From Armatimonadota bacterium (GTDB lineage Bacteria > Armatimonadota > Fimbriimonadia > Fimbriimonadales > GBS-DC), in assembly GCA_013359125.1 (NCBI GenBank), contig JABWCR010000006.1, forward strand, positions 12,643 through 76,642: DNA of 64,000 nt, read 5' to 3'. The notes beneath the pieces are model-generated. The model saw only the letters and a list, made by a program, of their open reading frames with translations. It was not told where the DNA came from and did not search any database. Below are positions 35,567 through 45,081 of the stretch, piece after piece. Both the position numbers and the translations under genes were made by a program. The stretch's first letter is position 1, and every line of letters begins with the position of its first letter.

Positions 35567-37380
35567 TGTCGGAGCGGCAGACGCACGAGCACGATGTGCT
35601 GGTTATCGGTGCGGGCGGCGCGGGCCTAAGGGCCGCCATTGAGGCTTCTGCGAAGGGCCTGAAAGTCGGATTGGTCTGCAAATCTCTATTGGGCAAAGCC
35701 CACACGGTGATGGCCGAAGGCGGCGTGGCGGCAGCCATGGGCAATGTGGACGACCGCGACAACTGGCGAGTCCACTTTGCCGATACTATGCGCGGCGGCC
35801 AGTACCTCAACCATTGGCGCATGGCGCAACTGCACGCCCAACAAGCTCCCGATCGGGTTCGCGAATTAGAAGCGTGGGGCGCGCTCTTTGATCGAACCAA
35901 AGACGGTCGGATTCTTCAGCGGAATTTTGGCGGCCATGCCTATCCTCGCTTGGCGCACGTGGGCGATCGCACCGGTCTGGAGATGATTCGCACTCTCCAA
36001 GATCATGGCATCCACATGGGCATAGAGGTCTTCATGGAGTGCGCAGTCATCCGCTTGCTGACGGACGGCGGGCGGGTTGCGGGCGCGTTCGGATATTTTC
36101 GAGAGAACGGTCGATTCGTCGTTTTTAAGGCCAAAGCGATCATCGTCTGCACGGGGGGGATTGGCAAGGCCTATCAGATCACTAGCAACAGCTGGGAATA
36201 CACGGCGGATGGACAAGCATTGGCGTATCAAGCCGGCGCCGACTTAAAGGATATGGAGTTCGTTCAGTTCCACCCGACCGGCATGGTTTGGCCTCCCAGC
36301 GCAAAGGGGATTTTGGTTACCGAAGGCGTTCGCGGCGAGGGCGGCATTTTGGTCAACAGCGAAGGTCGGCGCTTCATGTTCGACGACATTCCCGATAACT
36401 ATCGCAATCAGACCGCAAGCGACGAGGAAGAGGGATGGCGGTACATAACGGGCGACAAGAATGCCAAACGGCCGCCCGAGTTGCTCACGAGGGACCATGT
36501 GGCGCGCTGCATTGTGCGCGAGATCAAGGCTGGGCGCGGCAGTCCGCACGGCGGCGTCTTTCTTGACATTGCATGGATCAAAAAGCACATTCCCCATGCC
36601 CCCGAGCACATTAAGAAGAAACTCCCCAGCATGTACCACCAGTTCAAAGAGTTGGCCGGAGTGGACATTACGGAGACTCCGATGGAAGTCGGTCCGACTT
36701 GCCACTACGTCATGGGCGGAATCGCAGTCGATCCGGACAGTCAGATGGCGACCGTGCCCGGGCTGTTTGCTGCGGGAGAATCTGCGGCAGGGCTGCACGG
36801 CGCCAACCGTCTGGGCGGCAACTCGCTGAGCGATCTGCTGGTGTTTGGCAAGCTGGCGGGGGACGGCGCGGCGGCATACGTCGGTGATTGCCCCAACGTC
36901 GAGCCTGACAAGTCCCAAATCGACGATGCGGAGCAGTGGGCGCTCAGCTTCTTCAATCAGCCTTCCCGAGACGACAATCCGTTCAAGATTCAGCAGGACC
37001 TTCAAGCCATGATGCAAGACCTGGCCGGCATCGTTCGGACGGGCGAAGAGATGGCGCGCGCATTGGAAGAACTCTCGAAGCTGAAGGCGCGCGCGGCGGT
37101 CGTACCGGTCGACGGCAATCGCGAGTTCAATCCAGGCTGGCACACCGCGATGGCGCTGGACAACTTGCTGATCGCTTCGGAAGCGATCGTGCGCTGCGCG
37201 TTAGAGCGCAAAGAAAGCCGCGGCGGCCACTTCCGCGACGACTACCCGAGCAAGTCTGAGGAGTTTGCCAAGGTCAACCACATAGTAAAGCGAGGCGCCG
37301 ACGGCAAAATGGAACTTTCGGCACAGCCCGTTGCCGAAATGCCCCAGGAACTCAAAGAGATCATCGAGGAGTTTAAGTAA
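35566..37380 (+). CDS. sdhA: succinate dehydrogenase/fumarate reductase flavoprotein subunit
   Basis: VIGAGGAGLRAA dinucleotide fold, covalent-FAD His context KAHTVMAEGG, GANRLGGNSL block. Confidence 0.9.
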   Translation: MSERQTHEHDVLVIGAGGAGLRAAIEASAKGLKVGLVCKSLLGKAHTVMAEGGVAAAMGNVDDRDNWRVHFADTMRGGQYLNHWRMAQLHAQQAPDRVRELEAWGALFDRTKDGRILQRNFGGHAYPRLAHVGDRTGLEMIRTLQDHGIHMGIEVFMECAVIRLLTDGGRVAGAFGYFRENGRFVVFKAKAIIVCTGGIGKAYQITSNSWEYTADGQALAYQAGADLKDMEFVQFHPTGMVWPPSAKGILVTEGVRGEGGILVNSEGRRFMFDDIPDNYRNQTASDEEEGWRYITGDKNAKRPPELLTRDHVARCIVREIKAGRGSPHGGVFLDIAWIKKHIPHAPEHIKKKLPSMYHQFKELAGVDITETPMEVGPTCHYVMGGIAVDPDSQMATVPGLFAAGESAAGLHGANRLGGNSLSDLLVFGKLAGDGAAAYVGDCPNVEPDKSQIDDAEQWALSFFNQPSRDDNPFKIQQDLQAMMQDLAGIVRTGEEMARALEELSKLKARAAVVPVDGNREFNPGWHTAMALDNLLIASEAIVRCALERKESRGGHFRDDYPSKSEEFAKVNHIVKRGADGKMELSAQPVAEMPQELKEIIEEFK

Positions 37381-37383
37381 ACC

Positions 37384-38151
37384 ATGAAAGCGATCCTTGG
37401 ATTGGTAGCGATCTGCGCTGCACTGACGGGGTGCGATAAGGCGACTAAAGAAGAGGCGAAGGCTTCTGCCCCGCCGGACTACGTGGCGACGGCGCCGTTC
37501 TCTGGCTACAAGACCGTTGCCGATTTCGAGAAGCAAGACGCCGCCGAAAGGAAAGAGAACGTCTTTTATCGCAAGATGATCCGTGGCAGCGAAGAAAAGG
37601 GCGGGGTCGCGATCACTATCGATCACGACCTGGATCCTATCAAGACCCCTCAGTTGCTGAAGAAGCTGGAAGGGGTCGGTCTGTTCGCAACGATTTTTGT
37701 TACCGGCCAGCAGGCCGAAAAGCATCCCGATCTGGTCAAGAAGCTGTTTCAGGCGGGACATCTGGTGGGCAATCGAAGCTATCACAACGTGAACATGGCC
37801 AAGTTGGATCGAGGCACGGCCCACGCAGAATGGCTGAAGGCAAAGCAAGCAGTCGCCAAGGCTACCGGCGATGAAGCCAAGTTCGCTCGACCGCCCGGGG
37901 GGGCCTACACGGATCCATCGATTCTTGGCGCGATGAAAGCCGGCTTGGTAACCGTGCTTTGGTCGGACGATTTTCGAAAGGGCGCCCGGCCTGATCGAGT
38001 TAGGAGCGGCAGCGTTATTCTGTTGGACGACAGTTCCTTAGATCAACTTGACGTACTGGCCAAGCGTCTGAAAGGCCAATTTCGATTCATCACCGTATAC
38101 GACATGGATGTGGAGCGGATGACGGCGCCTATGCGAGGCGGCCTGCAGTAA
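37384..38151 (+). CDS. lipoprotein with a divergent NodB/CE4 polysaccharide-deacetylase domain
   Basis: Lipobox LTGC (MKAILGLVAICAALTGC). NodB-like order of motifs, but with substitutions (TIDHD, GNRSYHN, RPPGG, ILLDD). Confidence 0.6.
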   Translation: MKAILGLVAICAALTGCDKATKEEAKASAPPDYVATAPFSGYKTVADFEKQDAAERKENVFYRKMIRGSEEKGGVAITIDHDLDPIKTPQLLKKLEGVGLFATIFVTGQQAEKHPDLVKKLFQAGHLVGNRSYHNVNMAKLDRGTAHAEWLKAKQAVAKATGDEAKFARPPGGAYTDPSILGAMKAGLVTVLWSDDFRKGARPDRVRSGSVILLDDSSLDQLDVLAKRLKGQFRFITVYDMDVERMTAPMRGGLQ

Positions 38152-38155
38152 GCCG

Positions 38156-38929
38156 TTATCGCTTTGCGATCTGGTTGTCCGGCCCAAGGCGGCCTTTCAC
38201 GCGATCATAGACTTCGGGCGCTTCGTAGACGACCAGCAGATTGGTGAGCGGTCGGCTTGGGGCAATTACCATCTTTTTGCGATAGTAGAGCGTTGACGAG
38301 CCGCCGCCATCCAGAGCGATCGCGTTCACCGCGCCGAGAGCTTTCATCACCTGCGCCATCTTGGTCAAGGTGATCGGCTTTCTTGTAACGACCACGATCA
38401 GTTTGTTGTGCTTGGTAACGCCCACTGCGGTGCGCGGCGCAGGACTGTAGATTCGGGGGTCTCGAAATCCTTCAGAACGAGCGTCCACGTAGGCCTTACC
38501 ATCTGTGATCAATCGCGGGCCCGCAGCCACTAGATAGTCGTAGTCTCTCCAATCCTGCCGACGGAATTGGGGGGCGCGCATAAAGACGACCTTGTTGTCG
38601 CGCGTGATGCCCATAGAGGTGCCTCGGCCGCCATAATGCGCTAAGTTGCCGCCGATCACGATGTCGCCGATAGGCATCTTGGTTTTTTTGCAGAAGTAGG
38701 TGCCGCAAACAGCCGCGGTCGGTTGGGCTTTTGCCAACAGAGAGTAGACCGATTCTGGACGGCCCGTCTGCCTCGTCATCACGCCGGAGACTTTGACCTT
38801 CTTGTCGTTGAGGTTCGCTGTGATCACCTTGATGGGAACGCCGAGGGCCGACTTCGACTCGATCGCGACCGATTGAGCCCAGCCAAGAGCAACGGAGCCG
38901 ATCAACAGCAGTCCAGAGAGCAAGCGCAT
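38156..38929 (-). CDS. secreted phosphodiester glycosidase (NAGPA/DUF2233) family protein
   Basis: Signal peptide MRLLSGLLLIGSVALGWAQ. C-terminal AVNAIALDGGGSSTL block. Confidence 0.7.
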   Translation of the reverse strand: MRLLSGLLLIGSVALGWAQSVAIESKSALGVPIKVITANLNDKKVKVSGVMTRQTGRPESVYSLLAKAQPTAAVCGTYFCKKTKMPIGDIVIGGNLAHYGGRGTSMGITRDNKVVFMRAPQFRRQDWRDYDYLVAAGPRLITDGKAYVDARSEGFRDPRIYSPAPRTAVGVTKHNKLIVVVTRKPITLTKMAQVMKALGAVNAIALDGGGSSTLYYRKKMVIAPSRPLTNLLVVYEAPEVYDRVKGRLGPDNQIAKR

Positions 38930-39003
38930 TGGGTAGTCCTCGCCTTTCGTACCTCAAGGTTATACGCCCAATCGCTTTTGGCGGAGACGGCAGATTTGCC
39001 GGA

Positions 39004-40167
39004 TTATTGAGGCAACAGGCTAATGCCGAGGAACAACTGCAGCGCCGAGACGATTGTGCCGGCGAAGAGGCCGCCGATCAACACCTGAAAAAGCCCTGAG
39101 TTCCAAAGCCTTAAGCCAAAGGTCGGCTGAACGTGAGAAAGATTTCGATGTCGCTCCAGCAACTCCTTCCCAACGCGGATGGCATCCTCTATCTGTCGGT
39201 CGTTCGGCGGTTTGGTCGTCGCGGCAGCCTGCAATAGGGCGCCAAACCCCCTCCAGGTGAAAAGCGTGAAGAGCAATGCCATCAATGTGTGGCCTTCGGA
39301 CCCTGCGCCTGGAAAGAGATACATGAACGCCTGCGTCATGCCCAAGAAGAGAAAGACGGCGGCAGCCAGATTGGTGCCGCATCGAGGGTGCACGCGCGGC
39401 ATCCGCCGGACCGCTTCTAAGACCAGGGGTTCTCCCCTCTCGATCGCGTGGACGACTTTGTGCTCGGCCGCGTGAGCGCCGGCCAGCGGCAGAAATCTGA
39501 GAAGCGCCAAGAAGAGAACGATCTGAAACCCGCGAGCGGCCGCACCGACCATGTCCGCCATGTTCCATGCCCCGGCAAAGGGCGAGTTCATGTAACTCTT
39601 GAGCGGAAATGACGTGTTGGCTTGGACGAGCTCGGCTCCGGCCGAAACGGCTGTCATGGAGATCACAAAGAGGCCGAACATCATCATTCCTGTCAGCGCT
39701 AGGGCTAGGTCGCCCGGACCGGCTCGTGCGGTTGCGGTGGTCAGATAGACGCCTAGGGGAGTTGCCAATCCGCCGATCATCGGTGGTTTTAGCGCCTGGT
39801 GAGCGGGAGCTATTAAGTCGATATCGCTCAGGATGCCGACATAGCGGCCCTCTGTGTCTACGACTATCAGCGCGGTTTGGGCGGACCTCTGCAGGGCGCC
39901 GATCGCCTCTATCAAGGCGGCATCCTGTTGGATTGCAAGAGCATCGTTCAGCATGATCGATTCGACGGTTTGGCTCTCGGCGCCTTCGCGGTTGAGGCGC
40001 GGTCGTATTTGGGCGTAAGAAACGAGGCCAATGGGGATGCCGGCGCGAGTAACCGCCAATGCAGGCGCGCCCGTCTCCTGCATCATTCGAGCTGCGCGTT
40101 GAAGACTGTCTTGAGCATAAAGCGATGGAGCGCGGCGGAATCGATCGGAGACAGGGCCGGAGAACAT
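39004..40167 (-). CDS. CBS-pair domain fused to a DUF1385 (YqhQ-like) membrane domain
   Basis: N-terminal ~125 aa has two CBS-like repeats. The remainder carries DUF1385 hallmarks HAAEHKVVHAIE, HPRCGT and TTKPPNDRQIEDAI. Confidence 0.55.
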   Translation of the reverse strand: MFSGPVSDRFRRAPSLYAQDSLQRAARMMQETGAPALAVTRAGIPIGLVSYAQIRPRLNREGAESQTVESIMLNDALAIQQDAALIEAIGALQRSAQTALIVVDTEGRYVGILSDIDLIAPAHQALKPPMIGGLATPLGVYLTTATARAGPGDLALALTGMMMFGLFVISMTAVSAGAELVQANTSFPLKSYMNSPFAGAWNMADMVGAAARGFQIVLFLALLRFLPLAGAHAAEHKVVHAIERGEPLVLEAVRRMPRVHPRCGTNLAAAVFLFLGMTQAFMYLFPGAGSEGHTLMALLFTLFTWRGFGALLQAAATTKPPNDRQIEDAIRVGKELLERHRNLSHVQPTFGLRLWNSGLFQVLIGGLFAGTIVSALQLFLGISLLPQ

Positions 40168-40216
40168 TTCCGTAAAGAGTGTACCCGGGAGCGCTTGGGT
40201 ATACTTCTTAGGCGGT

Positions 40217-40293
40217 CGGGGCGTGGCTCAGCTTGGTAGAGCGCTCCTTTCGGGTGGGAGAGGTCGGCAGTTCAAATCTGCCCGCCCCGACCA
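40217..40293 (+). tRNA. tRNA-Pro (anticodon CGG), CCA encoded
   Basis: Manual cloverleaf. Acceptor CGGGGCG/CGCCCCG (C1-G72), D arm GCTC/GAGC, anticodon arm CTCCT-TTCGGGT-GGGAG, T arm GGCAG-TTCAAAT-CTGCC, discriminator A plus CCA. 77 nt. Confidence 0.9.
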
Positions 40294-40300
40294 GATGTCT

Positions 40301-40960
40301 TCAATTGGACGTAAACATTTCGGCGTGCCTGTCCGGATCGAACGATTTGATCCGAGGCTGTCTCGACATCTCTCTGAGTTCATCCAGAAGCAGGCGCAAT
40401 CGCTCGCTGGTATCCCGCGTCTCCAAGAGCCGTTGCTTGAAGCCGAGGTCCGAAGGCAAGCTGGATGCTACCGCAAACGAGAGCAACACCGGATCTTCGG
40501 GGAACTCTATCCGCCTCATCGCCAAACCTTCTTGCTCGAGCATCGAGCGAAGATGGCCTTCAAAGGCGAGAGTTACCTCTTCCATTAGCATATAGGCGTC
40601 GTTGTCGTGCTGCCATGGCCTTTCGCGCCAGGGCTCGACGCCGGCCTGTAAATAGGCTTCCTCCCGGTCGAAGTCGCAAATGTGAAACCGTTCGACTCCG
40701 ATCGCGGTTAGATAGAGCCGTCCATCGTCCAAGCGCTGGAGATTGGTAATTCGAGCCAGCGTGCCGATAGAATGCGGCGAGGCCTCCGGATCGATTTCCG
40801 TGCCTTCGCGCAGCAGCGCGACGCCAAATCCCTCGCCTGTTTCCAAGCAATGGTCCACCATCTTCAAGTAGCGGGGTTCGAAGATGTGCAGGGGCAGTAC
40901 GGCATAGGGAAACAGGACAGCATTGAGGGGGAAGATGGGAATGCGGAGGCCTGTTTCCAT
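40301..40960 (-). CDS. LON N-terminal (substrate-binding) domain-only protein
   Basis: 219 aa. IPIFPLNAVLFPYAVLPLHIFEPRYLKMV is the classic Lon N-domain opening. No AAA+ or protease domain. Confidence 0.8.
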   Translation of the reverse strand: METGLRIPIFPLNAVLFPYAVLPLHIFEPRYLKMVDHCLETGEGFGVALLREGTEIDPEASPHSIGTLARITNLQRLDDGRLYLTAIGVERFHICDFDREEAYLQAGVEPWRERPWQHDNDAYMLMEEVTLAFEGHLRSMLEQEGLAMRRIEFPEDPVLLSFAVASSLPSDLGFKQRLLETRDTSERLRLLLDELREMSRQPRIKSFDPDRHAEMFTSN

Positions 40961-41000
40961 AAACTTTAACCAGCCCGATTATAACACAGTTTTCTGAAGG

Positions 41001-43607
41001 TTAGTCGGTCTCGATCTTGCGTTTCCATTGATCGAGCATTACGAGCGCCTCGACGGGGGTCATTTCGCTCAGGTCGATCCGCTTGATCTCGTCCACCACA
41101 GGATGAGCGGCGGCCTCGAACAGGGTTAGTTGCACCGTCTTGGTCGAGAATGCGGTTTCTGGCAAGGCAGTCCCCTTATCCTCAAATCGGGTTAGGATGT
41201 GGCGGGCTCTATCCAGCGCCGTATTAGGTATCCCCGCCATCTTGGCCACCTGGATGCCGTAACTTTTGTCCGCGCCGCCCGGCAGAACCTTGTGCAGCCA
41301 GACTACTTTGTCCCCTTGCTCCTTAACGGCAACGCGGAAGTTTTTGACGCCTGGCGATTGCCGGGTCAGCTCGTTCAGGTAGTGATAGTGAGTGGCGAAG
41401 AGCGTTTTGCACCCTATATCGGCCAGATACTCGGCCACCGCCCATGCGATCGCTAGCCCGTCGTAAGTGCTGGTTCCGCGCCCAATCTCGTCGAGGATCA
41501 CGAGGCTGCGCGGCGTGGCGTTGTTGAGTATGTTCGCCGTTTCGGTCATCTCCACCATAAAGGTCGATTGGCCTGTCGCCAGTTCGTCGCGGGCGCCCAC
41601 CCGCGTGAAGATTCGATCCACTATTCCAATGCTCGCCCGATCTGCCGGAACGAAACTGCCCGCCTGAGCCAGCAACGCGATCAGCGCGACCTGCCGGATA
41701 TAGGTGCTTTTCCCGCTCATGTTGGGTCCGGTCAGAATGATGAGCCTTTGGTCGCTTTCGTCCAAGAGGCAATCGTTAGGAACGAAGGCAACGCCGCCGA
41801 ATCGCTCCACTACCGGATGGCGTCCGCCAACAATCTCAAGCCGATCCTCCAAGTTGACGCTTGGCCGAACATACCGGTGACGAACGGCGACTTCTGCCAA
41901 TGACGCCATAGCGTCCAACTCGGCGATGGCGCGCGCAATGCGGAGCAGATCGGCCGACTCTCTGGCGACCGCCTCTCTCACTCGGCAAAAGACATCGTAC
42001 TCCAGCGCTATGATCTTCTCCTGCGCTCCGACCAGCGCCGCCTCTTGCTCCTTAAGTTCTGGCGTGATATACCGCTCGGCATTCGCGGTCGTTTGCTTCC
42101 TGATGTAATGCGGGGGCGCTTTGTCCGAGTGAATCTTGGATATTTCGATGTAGTATCCAAAGACGGCGTTGTAGCCGATCTTGAGGGGCAGTCCATGCTG
42201 TGCTTTTTCTTTTGCTTCCAGTTCTGCGATCCAGGCCTTTCCGCTCTTTGTCATCTCGCGCAGCTGATCCAATTCGGGCTCGCATCCCGGTTTGATCATG
42301 CCGCCGTCTCTCAACGTAGCGGGCGGATCGTCCAGGAGCGATCGATCCAACATTTGCTGTACCCCCTCTATAGGCTGCACGACGGACGCAATGTTAACCA
42401 TCTTGGCCGACTTTGTTTCGCCGTCGATCAACTTGCAAAGCGCTTCGCGCAAATGGGGCAACAGGCGCAGAGACGAGCGCAGCGCGACCAAGTCTCGAGC
42501 ATTGGCTGCGCCGGTAGCCGCCCTGCCGACCAAGCGCTCGATGTCTGCGTTCTTGCTTAACAGCGCGCGAATCTCCTCTCTCAAGAGGCCTTTGGCTGTC
42601 AGGAGTTCGACCGCGTCTAGCCTTTCATTGATGGGATTGGGGTCTAAAAGCGGCTCGTCGAGCCATCGTTTTAGCATTCTGGCGCCCATAGGCGTCTGCG
42701 TTTGATCGAGCGTGCTGAGCAAGGTCAGGCGCCGGCTGCCGTCTTGCAGGTTCTGCGACACTTCGAGATGTCGGCGCGCGATCGAATCGAGGTGCATGAA
42801 GCGCTCGACCGAGTAGGTCGATAGCGTCTGAATATGGCCGAGCGCGGCGATTTCGTTCTTTTGGAGGTATTTCAGCGTCATGGCCGCGGCTTCGATGCCT
42901 CTGGAGTACTCCTCGCAGCCAAATCCCCGCAAGTTCGCCACGCCAAAGTGGTGCAAGAGCACCGATCGGGCGTCCCTTGGCAGATCGCGCTGGACGTCGA
43001 AAGGCGTGATCGAAGCGGGTATGGCCGCCTCCAGCTCGCGGATCAGTTCGTCGTGCTCTGCGGGCACCAAAATCTCAGCCGGTTCTAATCGCGCCAGTTC
43101 GTCCATCAGCTTTTCCTGTCGCCGCTCGCCAGAAATCTCTGTAACGAGGAACTCGCCGGTCGATACGTCCACAACGCCGAGGCCGTGCACCGGATCGCCA
43201 AAGACGGCGGCCACCAGATAGTTGCTCTTGCCCTCGGGCAACATCGAGTCTTGAAGCAGCGTGCCCGCTGTCAAGACTCGGGTTACTTTTCGTTTGACAA
43301 GGCCTTTAGCCGTTTTTGGGTCTTCCGCTTGTTCGCAGACGGCGACCTTGAAGCCCTTTTGAACTAAGCGGGCGATGTAGCGTTCGGCCGCATGGATGGG
43401 AAAGCCCGACATTGCAACTCGGCCATTGTCGCCGTCGTCTCGTCCCGTCAGCGTGATTTCGAGGGCTTTGGCGGCGATCTCGGCATCTTCGCCATAGAAC
43501 TCGTAGAAGTCGCCCACCTGCATGGCCAGCAGGGCGTCCTGGCGCTCTGCCTTGACGCGGAAGTACTGTTGAAGCATCGGCGTTTTAGGCGAAAAGGGGG
43601 CGCTCAT
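41001..43607 (-). CDS. mutS: DNA mismatch repair protein MutS
   Basis: Start at ATG 43607 (MSAPFSPKTPMLQQY). Walker A GPNMSGKST. Full MutS domain order. Confidence 0.95.
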   Translation of the reverse strand: MSAPFSPKTPMLQQYFRVKAERQDALLAMQVGDFYEFYGEDAEIAAKALEITLTGRDDGDNGRVAMSGFPIHAAERYIARLVQKGFKVAVCEQAEDPKTAKGLVKRKVTRVLTAGTLLQDSMLPEGKSNYLVAAVFGDPVHGLGVVDVSTGEFLVTEISGERRQEKLMDELARLEPAEILVPAEHDELIRELEAAIPASITPFDVQRDLPRDARSVLLHHFGVANLRGFGCEEYSRGIEAAAMTLKYLQKNEIAALGHIQTLSTYSVERFMHLDSIARRHLEVSQNLQDGSRRLTLLSTLDQTQTPMGARMLKRWLDEPLLDPNPINERLDAVELLTAKGLLREEIRALLSKNADIERLVGRAATGAANARDLVALRSSLRLLPHLREALCKLIDGETKSAKMVNIASVVQPIEGVQQMLDRSLLDDPPATLRDGGMIKPGCEPELDQLREMTKSGKAWIAELEAKEKAQHGLPLKIGYNAVFGYYIEISKIHSDKAPPHYIRKQTTANAERYITPELKEQEAALVGAQEKIIALEYDVFCRVREAVARESADLLRIARAIAELDAMASLAEVAVRHRYVRPSVNLEDRLEIVGGRHPVVERFGGVAFVPNDCLLDESDQRLIILTGPNMSGKSTYIRQVALIALLAQAGSFVPADRASIGIVDRIFTRVGARDELATGQSTFMVEMTETANILNNATPRSLVILDEIGRGTSTYDGLAIAWAVAEYLADIGCKTLFATHYHYLNELTRQSPGVKNFRVAVKEQGDKVVWLHKVLPGGADKSYGIQVAKMAGIPNTALDRARHILTRFEDKGTALPETAFSTKTVQLTLFEAAAHPVVDEIKRIDLSEMTPVEALVMLDQWKRKIETD

Positions 43608-43644
43608 GGACGTTTCGATTATACTCAAGCCCGGAGGGAATAAA

Positions 43645-44046
43645 ATGAGAAAAGGTGCCATCAACCGCGTATCGGAAGTCGCGCTTTGGACAAAGGACTT
43701 AGACGAAGCTAAGCGGTTTTACCTTGACCGGCTTGGGTTCGAGGTAGTCGAAGAAGATGTCGGCCGCAACGCATTCTTGAGGTCGGGAGACTTTCTCTTG
43801 GTGTTGTTCGACAAGACAAATCCGAACACGGCGCTGGCCAACGCTTATTTGGAGCGCAAGGGCGGTCCTCGGGGAGAGGTCTACCACTTGGCGTTCCAGA
43901 TCGATCCTGCAGAGTTGGACGAGTCTGCCGAAAGCCTCAGGACGGACGGTCTTGAAGTATCCGGCCCAGTTGAGTTTGCATCGGGGCGTCGGTCTTACTT
44001 TGTCGAAGATCCGGACGAGCATTGGATCGAACTGACAGACAGGTAG
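43645..44046 (+). CDS. VOC/glyoxalase-family protein
   Basis: GGAGGG before ATG 43645. 133 aa with a glyoxalase-like beta-alpha-beta-beta-beta pattern (FYLDRLGFEVV ... YHLAFQI ... DPDEHWIEL). Confidence 0.75.
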   Translation: MRKGAINRVSEVALWTKDLDEAKRFYLDRLGFEVVEEDVGRNAFLRSGDFLLVLFDKTNPNTALANAYLERKGGPRGEVYHLAFQIDPAELDESAESLRTDGLEVSGPVEFASGRRSYFVEDPDEHWIELTDR

Positions 44047-44082
44047 AATCTACAGCAAATCCCTGTCGAACAGGAGGGCGCC

Positions 44083-44988
44083 ATGTTGAGAGCGTTTTTT
44101 GCGATTTCATTGTGCTTTAGTCTGTTGGCTGTGCAGGCGCAGGACCTGTCTGGACTGCTGTCGGGCGATCGATATCCCGTAAGCATGAAGCTTAAGGACT
44201 TGACTTCCGAATGGAAGCGGGTCAAGTTGACCCTTGTCGGATCGGGGGACGGCCAAGGAGACCTCATGAAGCAATTGATGCCCATGATGATGCTTGGCTC
44301 TACGATGTCGAGCGAGCCGGGCGGCGGCGAATCGGGCGCGGAAGCGATGATGGGCATGGCCTTCCTCAATCAAATGTTCGGCGGCGGCGATAAAGGCGAC
44401 GCGGCCTACACCAAGGGCGAAACGCTGCAGATTGCAGGGCAGACGTTCCTGGTTACCTATCGGATCAAATCTGAATCAAAAGACTTCATGACCCTTATGA
44501 TGGAATCGATGGCTTCTGGCGACGAGCCTGACCCTTCGACATTGTTCGGAGGGGGCGCAAACGCGGACAGCGAACTGGATCTGAGCCTCGTCAACATTGC
44601 GTCTATCGCCCGTTTAGAGGGCATTGCCAAGTTCGATCTCGAGAAGGAACTCGAATCGCTAAACAAGTCTGGCTCATCCATGTTCGACATGTTCAAGGAC
44701 ATGGCCGAGGGCATGGAGGGCGAGGCGACTATAGGCAACGAAGTTCGAGCCGAGCCCGTGCCATTGCTGAATATGTCCCGTTATGTCTACGATTCGATCA
44801 ACGAGGATGCGGAGTTGAGGCGCGCGGGCGTCTATGTCGCACAATCTGGAACGAAGGTCATATTGACCGGTCGCGTTGCCAATGCTTCGCAAAAGGCAAA
44901 AGCGGAGAGGATGGCTCGCAAGGCGCTGGATGAGATGGGCAGCAACTATACGATCGAGAACACGATCGAGGTCAAGCGAAGAAGATAG
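44083..44988 (+). CDS. secreted Met-rich protein with a C-terminal BON-like domain
   Basis: Signal peptide MLRAFFAISLCFSLLAVQAQ. Met clusters (LMKQLMPMMMLGSTM, AEAMMGMAFLNQMF, FMTLMMESM). C-terminal VYVAQSGTKVILTGRVANASQKAKAERMA resembles BON. Confidence 0.5.
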   Translation: MLRAFFAISLCFSLLAVQAQDLSGLLSGDRYPVSMKLKDLTSEWKRVKLTLVGSGDGQGDLMKQLMPMMMLGSTMSSEPGGGESGAEAMMGMAFLNQMFGGGDKGDAAYTKGETLQIAGQTFLVTYRIKSESKDFMTLMMESMASGDEPDPSTLFGGGANADSELDLSLVNIASIARLEGIAKFDLEKELESLNKSGSSMFDMFKDMAEGMEGEATIGNEVRAEPVPLLNMSRYVYDSINEDAELRRAGVYVAQSGTKVILTGRVANASQKAKAERMARKALDEMGSNYTIENTIEVKRRR

Positions 44989-45009
44989 GATGAAGGGTGC
45001 GGTCTGCCG

Positions 45010-45039
45010 TTGACTTTTCTTACCTAAATCTGCCATAAT
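45010..45039 (+). promoter_or_regulatory. candidate gyrB promoter (TTGACT-18 nt-CATAAT)
   Basis: Hexamers at 45010-45015 and 45034-45039. GGGAGG RBS before ATG 45082. Confidence 0.4.
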
Positions 45040-45081
45040 TGAGGGACTTGAAGGCACGAAATTTAGGGAGGCTGCGCCCTC

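Noticed and set aside
36244-37143. 299-aa ORF antisense to sdhA
   Set aside because: It lies inside a canonical flavoprotein gene and has Arg-rich composition without motifs.
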